From an uncultured Candidatus Saccharibacteria bacterium (lineage in GTDB: Bacteria; Patescibacteriota; Minisyncoccia; Minisyncoccales; RBG-13-42-11), in assembly GCA_964481125.1 (NCBI GenBank), contig CAYZSL010000002.1, positions 24,597 to 88,596 on the forward strand: 64,000 nucleotides of DNA, written 5' to 3'. Made by a program: the position numbers and the translations under genes. Under the pieces are notes generated by a model. The model saw nothing but the letters and a program-made list of their open reading frames with translations, was not told where the DNA came from and did not search any database. Position 1 is the first letter of the stretch; each line of letters starts with the position of its first letter. Of this stretch, positions 38,246 to 47,442 are shown one piece after another.

Positions 38246-39799
38246 TTACATTTTTTCCGGAGCAGAAACTCCCATTAAAGATAAAGTGCTTTTTAATATT
38301 ATTTTTGCAGCCAAAGATAATCCCAAACGAGCTTCTGACAAACGGACGTCTTCTGAAATAACCCGGCAATCATGATAAAACTGATGGAAAGAAGTAGCTA
38401 AATCCAAAGCATATTGAGGAATTCTTTGAACCTGATAGTCTCTGGCTGTATCTTCAATAACTTCCGGGAACTTAATTAATTGCTTGATAAGCATCAACTC
38501 AGACGGATGATTCAAAAGATTCAAGTTTTTAATCGAAGGCTTTAATTTCAGACCTTCATTTTTCAACTTTCTTAAAATGCTGCAGATTCTGGCATGAGCG
38601 TATTGTGCATAATAAACAGGATTTTCCTCTGATTGGTCTTTGGCCAATGCCACGTCAAATTCCATCTGGGTATCTGACGACTTCATTAAGTATATGAATC
38701 TGACTGCGTCTGCGCCAGCTTCATTAATCAGCCATTCCAAAGTTACCACCTTTCCCTTTCTTTTTGACATCTTTTCTCCTTTTAATCTGACTACCTGAGT
38801 TATCAGAAAAACCAGCTCTCCTTTGTAATTAAGTATCCTGCTGACTGCTTTTATCTTATTAACGTGCGCTTGGTGGTCAGCCCCCCAGATATCGATTATC
38901 TTGTCGTATTTCTTATCAAACCTGTCTTTATGGTAGGCAATGTCAGGCAAAAGATAGGTAAATTCTCCGGTTTCCCTGACAACAACCCAATCCTTTGAAT
39001 CGCCGTATGAGGAAGTTTTCAGCCATTGGGCGCCGTCTCTTTCGTAAACCAAATTCTTTGATTTAAGCCATTCGTATATTTTATTTATCTTGCCTTTTTG
39101 ATATAAATCTTTTTCTTCGGAAATCCAAAAATCAAACTTAATCTTCAGTTTATTCTCAATGAAGTTTTTAATGTCTTTTTGTACTGCCTGAGCTAAAAAA
39201 GAACCAGCTTCCCTTTCATCCTTGCATTTGCTGATTTCCGGCTTTAACTTGCTTATCTTTTTCTCAAGATATTCGTTCAAATAAGTCGTGCCTTGTCCCA
39301 AAGCTGTCTTTCCCAATTCCTTTATTTGAGAACTGCTTTTGGCATCATTAGCATAATGGGAACGAAAAACCTTGAATCCACTCTTTTTAAAAACATTGGT
39401 TAAAGTTTCGCCTAAAAAAGCGCCACGGCCATGGCCGATATGCAGTTCTCCGGTAGGATTGGCGCAAATACATTCAATGTCTATTTTTTTGTTTTTGCCG
39501 ATTTCTAAGTTTCCGAATTTATCTTCCTTTTTCAAAATTTCTTCAGTTTTTCTCTGTAAATACTCTTTTGAAAGGAAAAAATTAATAAAGCCGTTTTTCA
39601 CCTCAACCTTCTCTAAAATATCAGATTTTATATTATCAGCTATTTCTTTTGGATCTTTCTTTAACACCATGGCTATATTGCTAGTATAATCGCCAAAAGC
39701 AGGCTCTGTCGGCCTGTCTATTTTAACTTCAACTTCCTGTTTATACAGCTGTTTTATCGCTTTTTCAAGCAAATTTTTGACCTCATTTCTGGCTGTCAT
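38246..39799 (-). CDS. argS: Arginyl-tRNA synthetase
   Basis: ANPTGELHIGHGR, WGADH, KMSKRKG, YYAQYAHAR, APEKM. Confidence 0.97.
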   Translation of the reverse strand: MTARNEVKNLLEKAIKQLYKQEVEVKIDRPTEPAFGDYTSNIAMVLKKDPKEIADNIKSDILEKVEVKNGFINFFLSKEYLQRKTEEILKKEDKFGNLEIGKNKKIDIECICANPTGELHIGHGRGAFLGETLTNVFKKSGFKVFRSHYANDAKSSSQIKELGKTALGQGTTYLNEYLEKKISKLKPEISKCKDEREAGSFLAQAVQKDIKNFIENKLKIKFDFWISEEKDLYQKGKINKIYEWLKSKNLVYERDGAQWLKTSSYGDSKDWVVVRETGEFTYLLPDIAYHKDRFDKKYDKIIDIWGADHQAHVNKIKAVSRILNYKGELVFLITQVVRLKGEKMSKRKGKVVTLEWLINEAGADAVRFIYLMKSSDTQMEFDVALAKDQSEENPVYYAQYAHARICSILRKLKNEGLKLKPSIKNLNLLNHPSELMLIKQLIKFPEVIEDTARDYQVQRIPQYALDLATSFHQFYHDCRVISEDVRLSEARLGLSLAAKIILKSTLSLMGVSAPEKM

Positions 39800-39838
39800 A
39801 TTAGTTATTTTAGCTTTAAAATGTGCTTTTGTAAAATA

Positions 39839-39868
39839 TTGACTTTTTCATACACTTCTGTTAAAAAT
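39839..39868 (+). promoter_or_regulatory. Putative promoter for the upstream RNA
   Basis: TTGACT-N17 followed by an imperfect TG-extended -10 (tgtTAAAAAT). Confidence 0.45.
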
Positions 39869-39869
39869 A

Positions 39870-40265
39870 GGGCAAGGCATGGAAACAGTGAGGTTCACCA
39901 CACAAGCTGCATAGCGCTGGTATGCTTATCGCCTAACGGCATATTGGTTGTGGGGGAGGTTCGAATCCTCCAAACTGATTCTATTGAGAAACTCGTAATG
40001 TAGAAAAGCAGACTCCACCAATGTCGAGGCGGACTGAAAAGTGGTCAAAAGTTGCGATAGGAACTGGGAGGAGATAAAACTTGGTTTTAAAAACTGTATG
40101 TCTCCGTCAGTGGAATACCACCCTTTACGAGTTTGCCCTCATTAGTCTCTCCTGTTTAGAGAGCTGATGACTCAAGGATTCCATGCTAAGGGAGTATACT
40201 TCGGCTAGCAGAAGACTCTTTTAAAAGAGTACACCTCAGCCACCAGAAGCTCCCTTTTTTTTATT
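39870..40265 (+). ncRNA. Unclassified large structured RNA with a tRNA-like T-arm and a 23S L1-stalk-like domain
   Basis: Nested stems 39876-84/40179-87, 39984-88/40171-75, 39989-98/40125-34; GGAGG-TTCGAAT-CCTCC; TGGGAGG...CCGTCAGTGGAATACCACCCT; 3' hairpin with U-tract. Confidence 0.7.
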
Positions 40266-40291
40266 AAAGGATTTAATGCTAAACTTAACTA

Positions 40292-40741
40292 ATGAAGGTA
40301 TTATCAGACAATAAAAAAGCATATTTTAACTATGAAATCCTGGAGAAAATCGAGGCTGGCATTGCTTTAATCGGACGGGAAGTAAAATCAATCAAAACAG
40401 GAAGGATAAACCTGGCAGGTTCCTACGTAACCCTGAGCAATAATGAACTCTTCCTGGTCGGAGCTCATATTCCTCCCTACCAGCCCAAAAACGCTCCAGC
40501 TGACTATCTGCCTGAACGCCAAAGAAAGCTTCTTTTGAAAAGAGCTGAAATCAAGTACTTAATCGGCAAAACCAAAGAAAAAGGATTGACTTTAGTGCCA
40601 TTAAAGGTATATACTAAAAAAGCTAAGATAAAGCTTGAATTCGGCATAGCCAAAGGTAAGAAGAAGACAGACAAGAGAGAAACGATAAAAAAAAGAACAC
40701 TTACAAAAGAAATAGAAAGAGAATTAAAAATGCGGGGATGA
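40292..40741 (+). CDS. smpB: SsrA-binding protein
   Basis: NKKA.FNY, EAGI.L.G.EVKS, RKLLL, KGKK..DKR. Confidence 0.97.
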   Translation: MKVLSDNKKAYFNYEILEKIEAGIALIGREVKSIKTGRINLAGSYVTLSNNELFLVGAHIPPYQPKNAPADYLPERQRKLLLKRAEIKYLIGKTKEKGLTLVPLKVYTKKAKIKLEFGIAKGKKKTDKRETIKKRTLTKEIERELKMRG

Positions 40742-41088
40742 TATGCTTCGATGAGAAGCGGACTGAAATAAGCAGGCCAAGTTGTCAGCACTTGTAAAAA
40801 ACTGGCAAAAAGGATAAGTGCCAACTTATTCAAACAACCTGCTCTTGCTTACGCATAAGTAGCAGAGCCATTCGTTTTGCCGATTCTCGCTTAGCAAAAT
40901 CGAGTGTCAAAATTAGCGAGATAAGATAGTTTTTCTGAATCCGGGAAAACTATTGAAAAAAAAATCGGATTCAGGGTATAGATATTTTGTCGGGTTTTGA
41001 CTCTATATTCTTTTTTAAAACCTGACTAAGCCTGTAGAATTGTTTTGGGAGAACTCCTCAGACGCGGGTCCAAATCCCGCCATCTCCA
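40734..41088 (+). ncRNA. ssrA: tmRNA
   Basis: GGGGATG/CATCTCC-A acceptor with G3-U, T-arm gcggg-tccaaat-cccgc, tag ORF 40820-40858 ANLFKQPALAYA*, adjacent to smpB. Confidence 0.95.
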
Positions 41089-41111
41089 CAAAAATTAAAT
41101 TATATAATTTG

Positions 41112-41618
41112 ATTAAAAGAATATTAGCCAACAATCAAATAAGAGCAAGAGAAGTAAGACTGATTGATGAAGCTGAAAAACAACTGGGAGTGGTTACTTT
41201 GGAGGAAGCGCTTAGTATGGCTCGTGAGCGCAATTTAGATTTAATTCAGGTTACAGAAAAAGTAGACCCGCCTGTCTGCCGTTTGGGAGATTACGGAAAA
41301 TACCTTTATCGCGAAGAGAAAAAAGAAAAAGCAATACACAAACATAAAGGCGGAGACTTGAAAGGAATAAGATTAACTTTCAATATCTCCCAGCACGATC
41401 TGGAAACGCGGGCCCATCAGGCAGAAAAATTCCTAAAAAGAGGAGACCAGGTAAGAATAGATCTGCCCTTAAGGGGAAGGCAAAAAGCTCTTCAGGATTT
41501 TGCCAGAGAAAAAGTAGAGAAATTCCTCAACACATTAAATGAGCTTGTCCCGATAAAAAGAGAGCGGGAATTAAAAAGGGAAGCAAGGGGATTTACAATG
41601 ATAATTTCAAAATTATGA
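41112..41618 (+). CDS. infC: Translation initiation factor IF-3
   Basis: NNQIRAREVRLID, PPVCRLGDYGK; likely ATT start (TTG at 41109 is an alternative); infC-rpmI-rplT order. Confidence 0.95.
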   Translation: MKRILANNQIRAREVRLIDEAEKQLGVVTLEEALSMARERNLDLIQVTEKVDPPVCRLGDYGKYLYREEKKEKAIHKHKGGDLKGIRLTFNISQHDLETRAHQAEKFLKRGDQVRIDLPLRGRQKALQDFAREKVEKFLNTLNELVPIKRERELKREARGFTMIISKL

Positions 41619-41800
41619 AAACAAGAAAATCAGTAAAAAAACGCTTTAAGGTTACCAAATCCGGCAAAATTCTGAGAAAACCGACTCAGCTTAATCACTA
41701 TTTGGCGAAAAAATCTGGCAAAAAAGGCAGGCAGAGCCGGAAATGGAAAGAAGTTTCAAAGAGCGAAATCAAAAAAATTAAAAGGTTATTAGGAATATAA
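41615..41800 (+). CDS. rpmI: 50S ribosomal protein L35
   Basis: MKTRKSVKKRFKVTKSGK; operon position. Confidence 0.95.
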   Translation: MKTRKSVKKRFKVTKSGKILRKPTQLNHYLAKKSGKKGRQSRKWKEVSKSEIKKIKRLLGI

Positions 41801-41804
41801 TATT

Positions 41805-42152
41805 ATGGCTCGAGTTAAACGAGGAACAACAGCGCACAAACGCAGGAAAAAGGTATTAAAACAGACCAAAGGCTTTCGCTGGGGAAGAAAATCAAAATAT
41901 AAATTGGCGAAAGACGCTCTTTACCATGCCTGGGAATACTCTTATCGAGACAGAAAAACAAAAAAGAGAGAATTTAGGAAACTTTGGCAAACAAGCATTA
42001 ATGGCGCTTGCAGAAAACAAGGCCTGTCTTATTCAAGGTTTATCGCCAATTTAAAGAAGAATAAGATTGAGATTGATCGAAAAGTCCTATCCCAACTCTG
42101 TCAAAATCATCCTCAAATTTTTGAAAAGATTGTTGAAGAAGTGAAAAACTAA
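41805..42152 (+). CDS. rplT: 50S ribosomal protein L20
   Basis: MARVKRG, YRDRK.KKR.FR.LW. Confidence 0.97.
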   Translation: MARVKRGTTAHKRRKKVLKQTKGFRWGRKSKYKLAKDALYHAWEYSYRDRKTKKREFRKLWQTSINGACRKQGLSYSRFIANLKKNKIEIDRKVLSQLCQNHPQIFEKIVEEVKN

Positions 42153-42162
42153 TTTTTAAATT

Positions 42163-42209
42163 AAAAACCTCCGCCCTTCGTAATCTTTGTAGTATGGACG
42201 GAGGTTTTT
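42163..42209. terminator. Bidirectional terminator
   Basis: aaaacctccg...cggaggttttt between convergent genes. Confidence 0.7.
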
Positions 42210-42212
42210 CGT

Positions 42213-43562
42213 TTAAAGATCTGGGTATTTGGGGAATTCACCGGTGAAACAGCCCAGGCAAACATTTTCAATTTTTATTGGATCTTCTGCCTTTCTTTTA
42301 TCGCTTTGGGCTGAAACAATTACCCTGCCGAAATTATCAACGCTGTTGAAGAACAAACTTTTGACCCCTAGTATCTTTCTCATTTGCTCAATGGTATGTT
42401 TGGCAGCAAGCAGTTCTCCACGAGGGGTAACATCAAAGGGACAAGGGTATTTCATTGGCGGCGTTTCAATTCCTAAATGTACCTCTACTGCTCCCGCTTG
42501 TTTGACAGCAAAAATTCTTGCTAGGGTTTGATTACCCTCAACGATTGAATCATCTATTATGACAATCTTTTTCCCTTTTATCGCCCAGGGCATTATCAAG
42601 AGTTTGTTTCTCGCTCTTTTCGCTCTCCTGCTAACAAAGAACGGAAGAAAGCTTCGGCCACCAGCTTCGATATTGAAATCGAAAATGCTCTGATAACCAA
42701 TTCCTAGGGCTCTAGCCAATCCTTCGGCAGCTGTAATACCTGACATGGGAAAGCTAGAAATAATATCAGCATCAGGACAGACGGGAACAAGTTCTCTGCC
42801 CTCATTCGCTCTCACTTGACCAACCCAGATATCTTCAATAATCGTGGATGGTCTAGCCCAATAGCCGTACTCAAATCCGCAGATTGTAAGACCGGGGCTC
42901 GGAACGCGTTCCATAATTGTGAATCCGCTGGACTGAAGAGAGGCTATTTCTCCTGGCCTGATATCTCTGATCAACTCCATGCCTATATGTTCCAAGCATG
43001 CTGATTCGGAAGCGACCGCACACCCTATTTTGTCATCGCCAAAAAATCTACCAGCGATCAATGGCCTGATTCCCAAGACATCTCTGGCAGCAAAAACGCC
43101 TTCAAGCGTAAGTAAAACCAAGGAGAATGGACCTTTCACGTTTTTGTAAACGTTTTTTAATCCATCCAAGGGATTTTTTTCTGCCCCGATTAATCTTGCT
43201 ATAATGCCAGCTTCGGAACCGATAAGGTATGGCGATTTTGCTCTGAGTTCTTCCCGGTTGATAATTTTCCCGTCAAAGGCTACGGCAATCGGCCCCATCG
43301 GAGTTTCTTCAATTTTGTCTGGCTGAGGATTGTTGGGGCTTTGATTGACATGCAAGATTATCCTTTGAGGATCTTTAAGTTTTAGCTTTTCTCTTTCTAG
43401 CAGCGGTGTTATTTTCCCCTTATCTGCCTCTCTTATGATAGCTCCATCTTGAATAGTGGCGAATCCTCCCCACTCATCTCCTCTGGGCTGAATAATGCCT
43501 ATGGCATCCGTTGATCCTTCCCAACAATCTTTATTAACATCAATACCAATTACTCCAGACAT
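42213..43562 (-). CDS. purF: Amidophosphoribosyltransferase-like protein (divergent PurF)
   Basis: ARDVLGIRPL, ASESA, CGFEYGYWARP, IDDSIVEG, CLGCFTG; N-terminal Cys replaced by Ser. Confidence 0.8.
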   Translation of the reverse strand: MSGVIGIDVNKDCWEGSTDAIGIIQPRGDEWGGFATIQDGAIIREADKGKITPLLEREKLKLKDPQRIILHVNQSPNNPQPDKIEETPMGPIAVAFDGKIINREELRAKSPYLIGSEAGIIARLIGAEKNPLDGLKNVYKNVKGPFSLVLLTLEGVFAARDVLGIRPLIAGRFFGDDKIGCAVASESACLEHIGMELIRDIRPGEIASLQSSGFTIMERVPSPGLTICGFEYGYWARPSTIIEDIWVGQVRANEGRELVPVCPDADIISSFPMSGITAAEGLARALGIGYQSIFDFNIEAGGRSFLPFFVSRRAKRARNKLLIMPWAIKGKKIVIIDDSIVEGNQTLARIFAVKQAGAVEVHLGIETPPMKYPCPFDVTPRGELLAAKHTIEQMRKILGVKSLFFNSVDNFGRVIVSAQSDKRKAEDPIKIENVCLGCFTGEFPKYPDL

Positions 43563-43662
43563 TTCTTTTTCCTCCTATGATATCTATTTAGTAGGGTTGT
43601 GAAAGAGCACCCTCCGATTTCTTATTAACACGCTATCCTTTTTAAGTAAACCTATTTCCTTT

Positions 43663-44088
43663 TTAAAGGAAACTGTCTGCTTTTTTTAGTATTGCTTTGG
43701 CATTTTGGAATTTCAACTGTTTTAAAGCTTTTTCAAAAAGAAGCCATTTGTACCCTATATGCTCTTTCGAAATCTTTACTCTTTTTGTTTTTGTTTCGGC
43801 TAAGTAGAAAACAACGAATTTTAAGATTGTTTTACTTTTAAATTCAAAAAAATATTTAATTTTTTCTTCAAACCCTTTAATAAAACTAATATCAGTCAAT
43901 CCTGTCTCCTCAGTTGTTTCCCTCCTGGCTGTCATTGTCGGCTTTTCACCTTTTTCAATATGGCCTTTGGGAAAATCCCAGTATGGTTTTGGCCTTCTGG
44001 ATCCTCTGGGATAGTGCAAAAGAAGGTAAAAGAGTTTACCTTCTGATTTTCTAAAAATGATGACACCGGCACACCTTTCAACAGGCAT
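43663..44088 (-). CDS. NUDIX hydrolase (Ap4A hydrolase-like)
   Basis: WDFPKGHIE.GE....ARRETTEETGL Nudix box, SKEH..YKW. Confidence 0.92.
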   Translation of the reverse strand: MPVERCAGVIIFRKSEGKLFYLLLHYPRGSRRPKPYWDFPKGHIEKGEKPTMTARRETTEETGLTDISFIKGFEEKIKYFFEFKSKTILKFVVFYLAETKTKRVKISKEHIGYKWLLFEKALKQLKFQNAKAILKKADSFL

Positions 44089-44091
44089 AGT

Positions 44092-45810
44092 TTATTTAAA
44101 ATATTGCAATAATTTTGCTAATGACTGGCTGTTAATAATATCGCTTTTTTCTGCCCAACCACGACGAGCCTGGGCAATGCCGAAATTCATGAATCGCATA
44201 TGGTTTTTATCGTGTGAATCGGTATTAATTACCATCTTCACGCCAGCTTCTTTGGCTTTTTTAATATTCTTTTCGTTCAAATCCAATCTTTCCGGCCAAG
44301 CATTAATTTCCAGAATCGTTTTCGTTTCTCTGGCCACTTTCAGAATTTTATCAAAGTCTATCTGATATTCGTCTCTCTTCTTTAAAATCCTGCCTGTCGG
44401 ATGGGAAATTATGTCTACATTCGGATTTCTCATCGCTTTGATCATTCTTTCTGTCATTGCCGATCTTTCCATTTTAAAAGCTGAATGCACTCCGGCAATA
44501 ACAAAATCCAGTTTTTCCAATGCTTCGTCTTTAATATCAATTGAACCGTCAGACAATATGTTAGCTTCGCACCCTTGTAGAATGCGGAATTTTGAATTCT
44601 TGAATTTTAAATTAAGCTTGTCTATTTCTTTCCTTTGATTAAGCAGTTCTCTTTCATTCAATCCGTTCTCAATTCTTAAGAACTTTGTATGGTCAGCAAT
44701 GCCGATATATTGATAACCCATGTCCTGAGCCGCTTTTGCCATAACTTCAATCGTGTTTGCTCCGCCGTCCCAAGCAGAATGACAATGCAAATCTCCTTTA
44801 ATGTCATTGTAGCCAATAATTTTTGGCAATTTCTCTTTTTGGGCCGCTTCCAGCTCGCCCTGGTCTTCTCTCAGTTCCGGTTCAATCCAAGAAAGACCCA
44901 AAGCTTTGTAAACTCCGTTTTCATACCAACCGGCAATCATCTTCTTTCCTTTAAAAAGCCCATATTCGTTCAGCTTCATTCCTTTTTCAATAGCAATCGT
45001 TCTTAAAACAATATTATGCTCTTTGGATCCGGTAAAATACTGCAAGGCTGAACCGAAAGATTTTTTGGAAACCACTCTCAAATCAACGTCAAACCCCTCT
45101 TTTAACCTGATTGATGACTTTGTCGTTCCTTTCCCCCATATTTTTGTTATATTCGGCAACTGAACAAAAAAGTCCATTACTTTTTTTGGATTTTTCGCCG
45201 TTATTAAAATATCAACGTCGCCAATGGTTTCTTTCCTTCTTCTGACAGAACCAGCTTCGCTTATCTGTTCCACCTCTTTTAAGGCTTTTAACTTGTCTAA
45301 AATTTCTTTTACTTTCGGCAGAATCTCGCCAAGCAAAAATCTTCCTTTTGATCTTTTTAAAAAAGCAATTCCTTCTAAAAGATTTTTCTCTGTTTTCTCG
45401 CCGAATCCCTCCAAAGCAGCAATCTTGTGAGCCTTAGCTGCTTTTTCCAGCTCTTTAACATTCCTTATTCCCAATTTCTGATAAAACAACTTTGCTCTTT
45501 TTGGTCCCATTCCCTCAACAGTAATTATCTCTTCCAGGTCTAAAGGCAAACGTTTCTTAAACTGCTGATAGTATTGTATTTTTCCTGTTTTCAAATATTC
45601 TTCAATCTTTTCGGCAATGCTTTTGCCGACTCCAGGAATCTCTTCAAGATCTTTTATCCCTCCCCGCTTATAAATATCTTCAACATCTTCTTCCATCCCT
45701 TCCAAAGCAATAGCTGCCTTTTCATAAGCATAAGGCTTGAAAGCCACTTTATCCATTTCCAAGTAATCGGCGATTTCGTAGAAGAGTTTGGCTAATTCTT
45801 GGTTCTTCAT
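44092..45810 (-). CDS. polX: DNA polymerase X with PHP domain
   Basis: AGSVRRRKETIGDVDIL, YFTGSKEHN, GDLHCHS, EINAWPERLDL. Confidence 0.96.
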   Translation of the reverse strand: MKNQELAKLFYEIADYLEMDKVAFKPYAYEKAAIALEGMEEDVEDIYKRGGIKDLEEIPGVGKSIAEKIEEYLKTGKIQYYQQFKKRLPLDLEEIITVEGMGPKRAKLFYQKLGIRNVKELEKAAKAHKIAALEGFGEKTEKNLLEGIAFLKRSKGRFLLGEILPKVKEILDKLKALKEVEQISEAGSVRRRKETIGDVDILITAKNPKKVMDFFVQLPNITKIWGKGTTKSSIRLKEGFDVDLRVVSKKSFGSALQYFTGSKEHNIVLRTIAIEKGMKLNEYGLFKGKKMIAGWYENGVYKALGLSWIEPELREDQGELEAAQKEKLPKIIGYNDIKGDLHCHSAWDGGANTIEVMAKAAQDMGYQYIGIADHTKFLRIENGLNERELLNQRKEIDKLNLKFKNSKFRILQGCEANILSDGSIDIKDEALEKLDFVIAGVHSAFKMERSAMTERMIKAMRNPNVDIISHPTGRILKKRDEYQIDFDKILKVARETKTILEINAWPERLDLNEKNIKKAKEAGVKMVINTDSHDKNHMRFMNFGIAQARRGWAEKSDIINSQSLAKLLQYFK

Positions 45811-45813
45811 TGA

Positions 45814-46437
45814 TTAAAATGGTTTTTCCGTAGGCGGCACCCTCGGGACAAAACCGTCTCTGTGAAAAAGATGATTGCGCATAAAAAACAAAAGGAAAGT
45901 AGCTCCCAATCCAAAAAGACTTATTAAAACGAAAATAATCTTAAAGCCCAAGAAAGTAGCTAATATTCCGCCGAAAGCAGCGGCAAAACTGAAAGCAAAA
46001 CCAATAGTAGTACTCTCAATACTCCAGGAAAACGCCTCCCATCCTCTATCAATATGCCTGGTGAAAATACCTGCCCAACTGGGCAAAACGCAGGCCATGC
46101 ACAGTCCTCTTATCGCTTCCAGTAAAAATATATGCCAGAGCTCCGTGGTAAAAATATATGCCAAAGGAATCAAATTGGCGAAAAACATGCCGAAAACCAA
46201 AAGGTTAAAATCGTCTTTTTCCCCTTTCTTAACGTCAAGATAATGGGCGATAAAAGGCTGGGCAACTGATTTAACAAACCAAAAAGTAGCAGCAATAAGG
46301 CCGACAGCAGCTAACGTCCCGCCATTAATTTGCTGGGTTATGAAAATAGCGAAGATCGGGCCGATTAATCCCCAGCCGCACTGAAGAAAAAAATCGGAAA
46401 CAATAAGGGTTCTGATAACTTTATTAATCCCCGTCAT
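45814..46437 (-). CDS. Half-size MFS-like membrane protein (about 6 TM)
   Basis: Hydrophobic helices in an MFS N-half-like arrangement. Confidence 0.75.
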   Translation of the reverse strand: MTGINKVIRTLIVSDFFLQCGWGLIGPIFAIFITQQINGGTLAAVGLIAATFWFVKSVAQPFIAHYLDVKKGEKDDFNLLVFGMFFANLIPLAYIFTTELWHIFLLEAIRGLCMACVLPSWAGIFTRHIDRGWEAFSWSIESTTIGFAFSFAAAFGGILATFLGFKIIFVLISLFGLGATFLLFFMRNHLFHRDGFVPRVPPTEKPF

Positions 46438-47437
46438 AGTTGTTTAAAACTTTGTTATCTCTTTTAAAAATTATTTCTTTTATCAAAGATACTCCCAATC
46501 GGAATAAAATGAAAATACCGAGCAAAGCAACCATCAACTCAGCGCCCCTGATAATCATGGTGAAAGCAGTGGCTGTGGCCGTCTTTAGGTGCAGATAATT
46601 AAAGGCAAATGACTGAACTGCTTCATGAGAGCCAAGAGAAGTGGGAATGGGAATAATCATCGCCAAATAGGTAAAGCCGAGAACTGACATGGCGGACAGA
46701 AAACTAATCTTTCCTCCCAAGAAAATGATTAAAAGCCAGGTTCGTAAAATCATCAAGCCAGTTCTTAAAAAGTTCAAAATGAAAACCTTCCACATATTCT
46801 GTTTTCTCGGCTTAAAAAAGGAAAATATTTCTTTCTCGATTTCAAGAAGATGGTTTTCCTGTCCATTGTTCATAAACCTGCCCAAGAACCTGGTCATACT
46901 CTGCTTTTTAAAAGCTTTGACGTAAAAAAACGAAATAGCAGCGATAAAGAATAAAATGATAATACTGGCGCATACAAGAAGCTTCATCGGCGGGATGCCG
47001 ATGGTCAAAAGAAAGAATACGGCCCCAAACAGAATGACTATCAAGTTGACTGTCCATTCCAGAATCCTGTCCAGTATCACCGAAGACATACCCTGCGGCC
47101 AGGGCACCTCATCCCTCTTCTTAAGCATATATCCCTGGAAAATTTCTGCTCCGACAATCAAAATCGGCGCTAAAAGCCTGATGGAAAAAGTGGCTAGATA
47201 AATCCGCCACATTTCCCGAAAAGAAATTTTTTGGCCCTTGCCGTCCAAAATTGCTTTCCATTTCCAGGTGCCGAATACGGCCATAAGAAAAGTGATAAAG
47301 AGAATTGCTAGGCCTTGCCAGCCGGTAAAAACCAAGAGTGCGTTCTTAATTTCCTGCCAGCCGACTATTTTTAAAACCCAAAAGAAAATCAATGCGCCAA
47401 CCAGAAAAGAAAATAGGAAAAGTAAAACTTTTTTCAT
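46424..47437 (-). CDS. Lysylphosphatidylglycerol-synthase TM domain / flippase-like protein (UPF0104)
   Basis: KWKAIL, SVILDR..E, IPIPTSLGSHE, IR motif; multi-TM. Confidence 0.8.
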   Translation of the reverse strand: MKKVLLFLFSFLVGALIFFWVLKIVGWQEIKNALLVFTGWQGLAILFITFLMAVFGTWKWKAILDGKGQKISFREMWRIYLATFSIRLLAPILIVGAEIFQGYMLKKRDEVPWPQGMSSVILDRILEWTVNLIVILFGAVFFLLTIGIPPMKLLVCASIIILFFIAAISFFYVKAFKKQSMTRFLGRFMNNGQENHLLEIEKEIFSFFKPRKQNMWKVFILNFLRTGLMILRTWLLIIFLGGKISFLSAMSVLGFTYLAMIIPIPTSLGSHEAVQSFAFNYLHLKTATATAFTMIIRGAELMVALLGIFILFRLGVSLIKEIIFKRDNKVLNNYDGD

Positions 47438-47442
47438 ATGAA

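Noticed and set aside
39886-39977. A complete tRNA gene around the TTCGAAT loop
   Set aside because: No 7-bp acceptor stem, D-arm or 7-nt anticodon loop; only the T-arm is canonical.
39821-40003. 60-aa ORF over the structured RNA
   Set aside because: It starts upstream of the putative promoter, has no protein features and is better explained by RNA structure.
40106-40134. Minus-strand AAAGGGTGGTATTCC upstream of argS resembles a T-box sequence
   Set aside because: It lacks the UGGNACC bulge consensus and an adjacent terminator, and lies about 310 nt from argS; the T-arm, L1-stalk match and U-tail all read on plus.
41040-41111. N-terminal extension of infC in the ORF track
   Set aside because: It overlaps the tmRNA 3' end; IF-3 similarity begins near the ATT at 41112.
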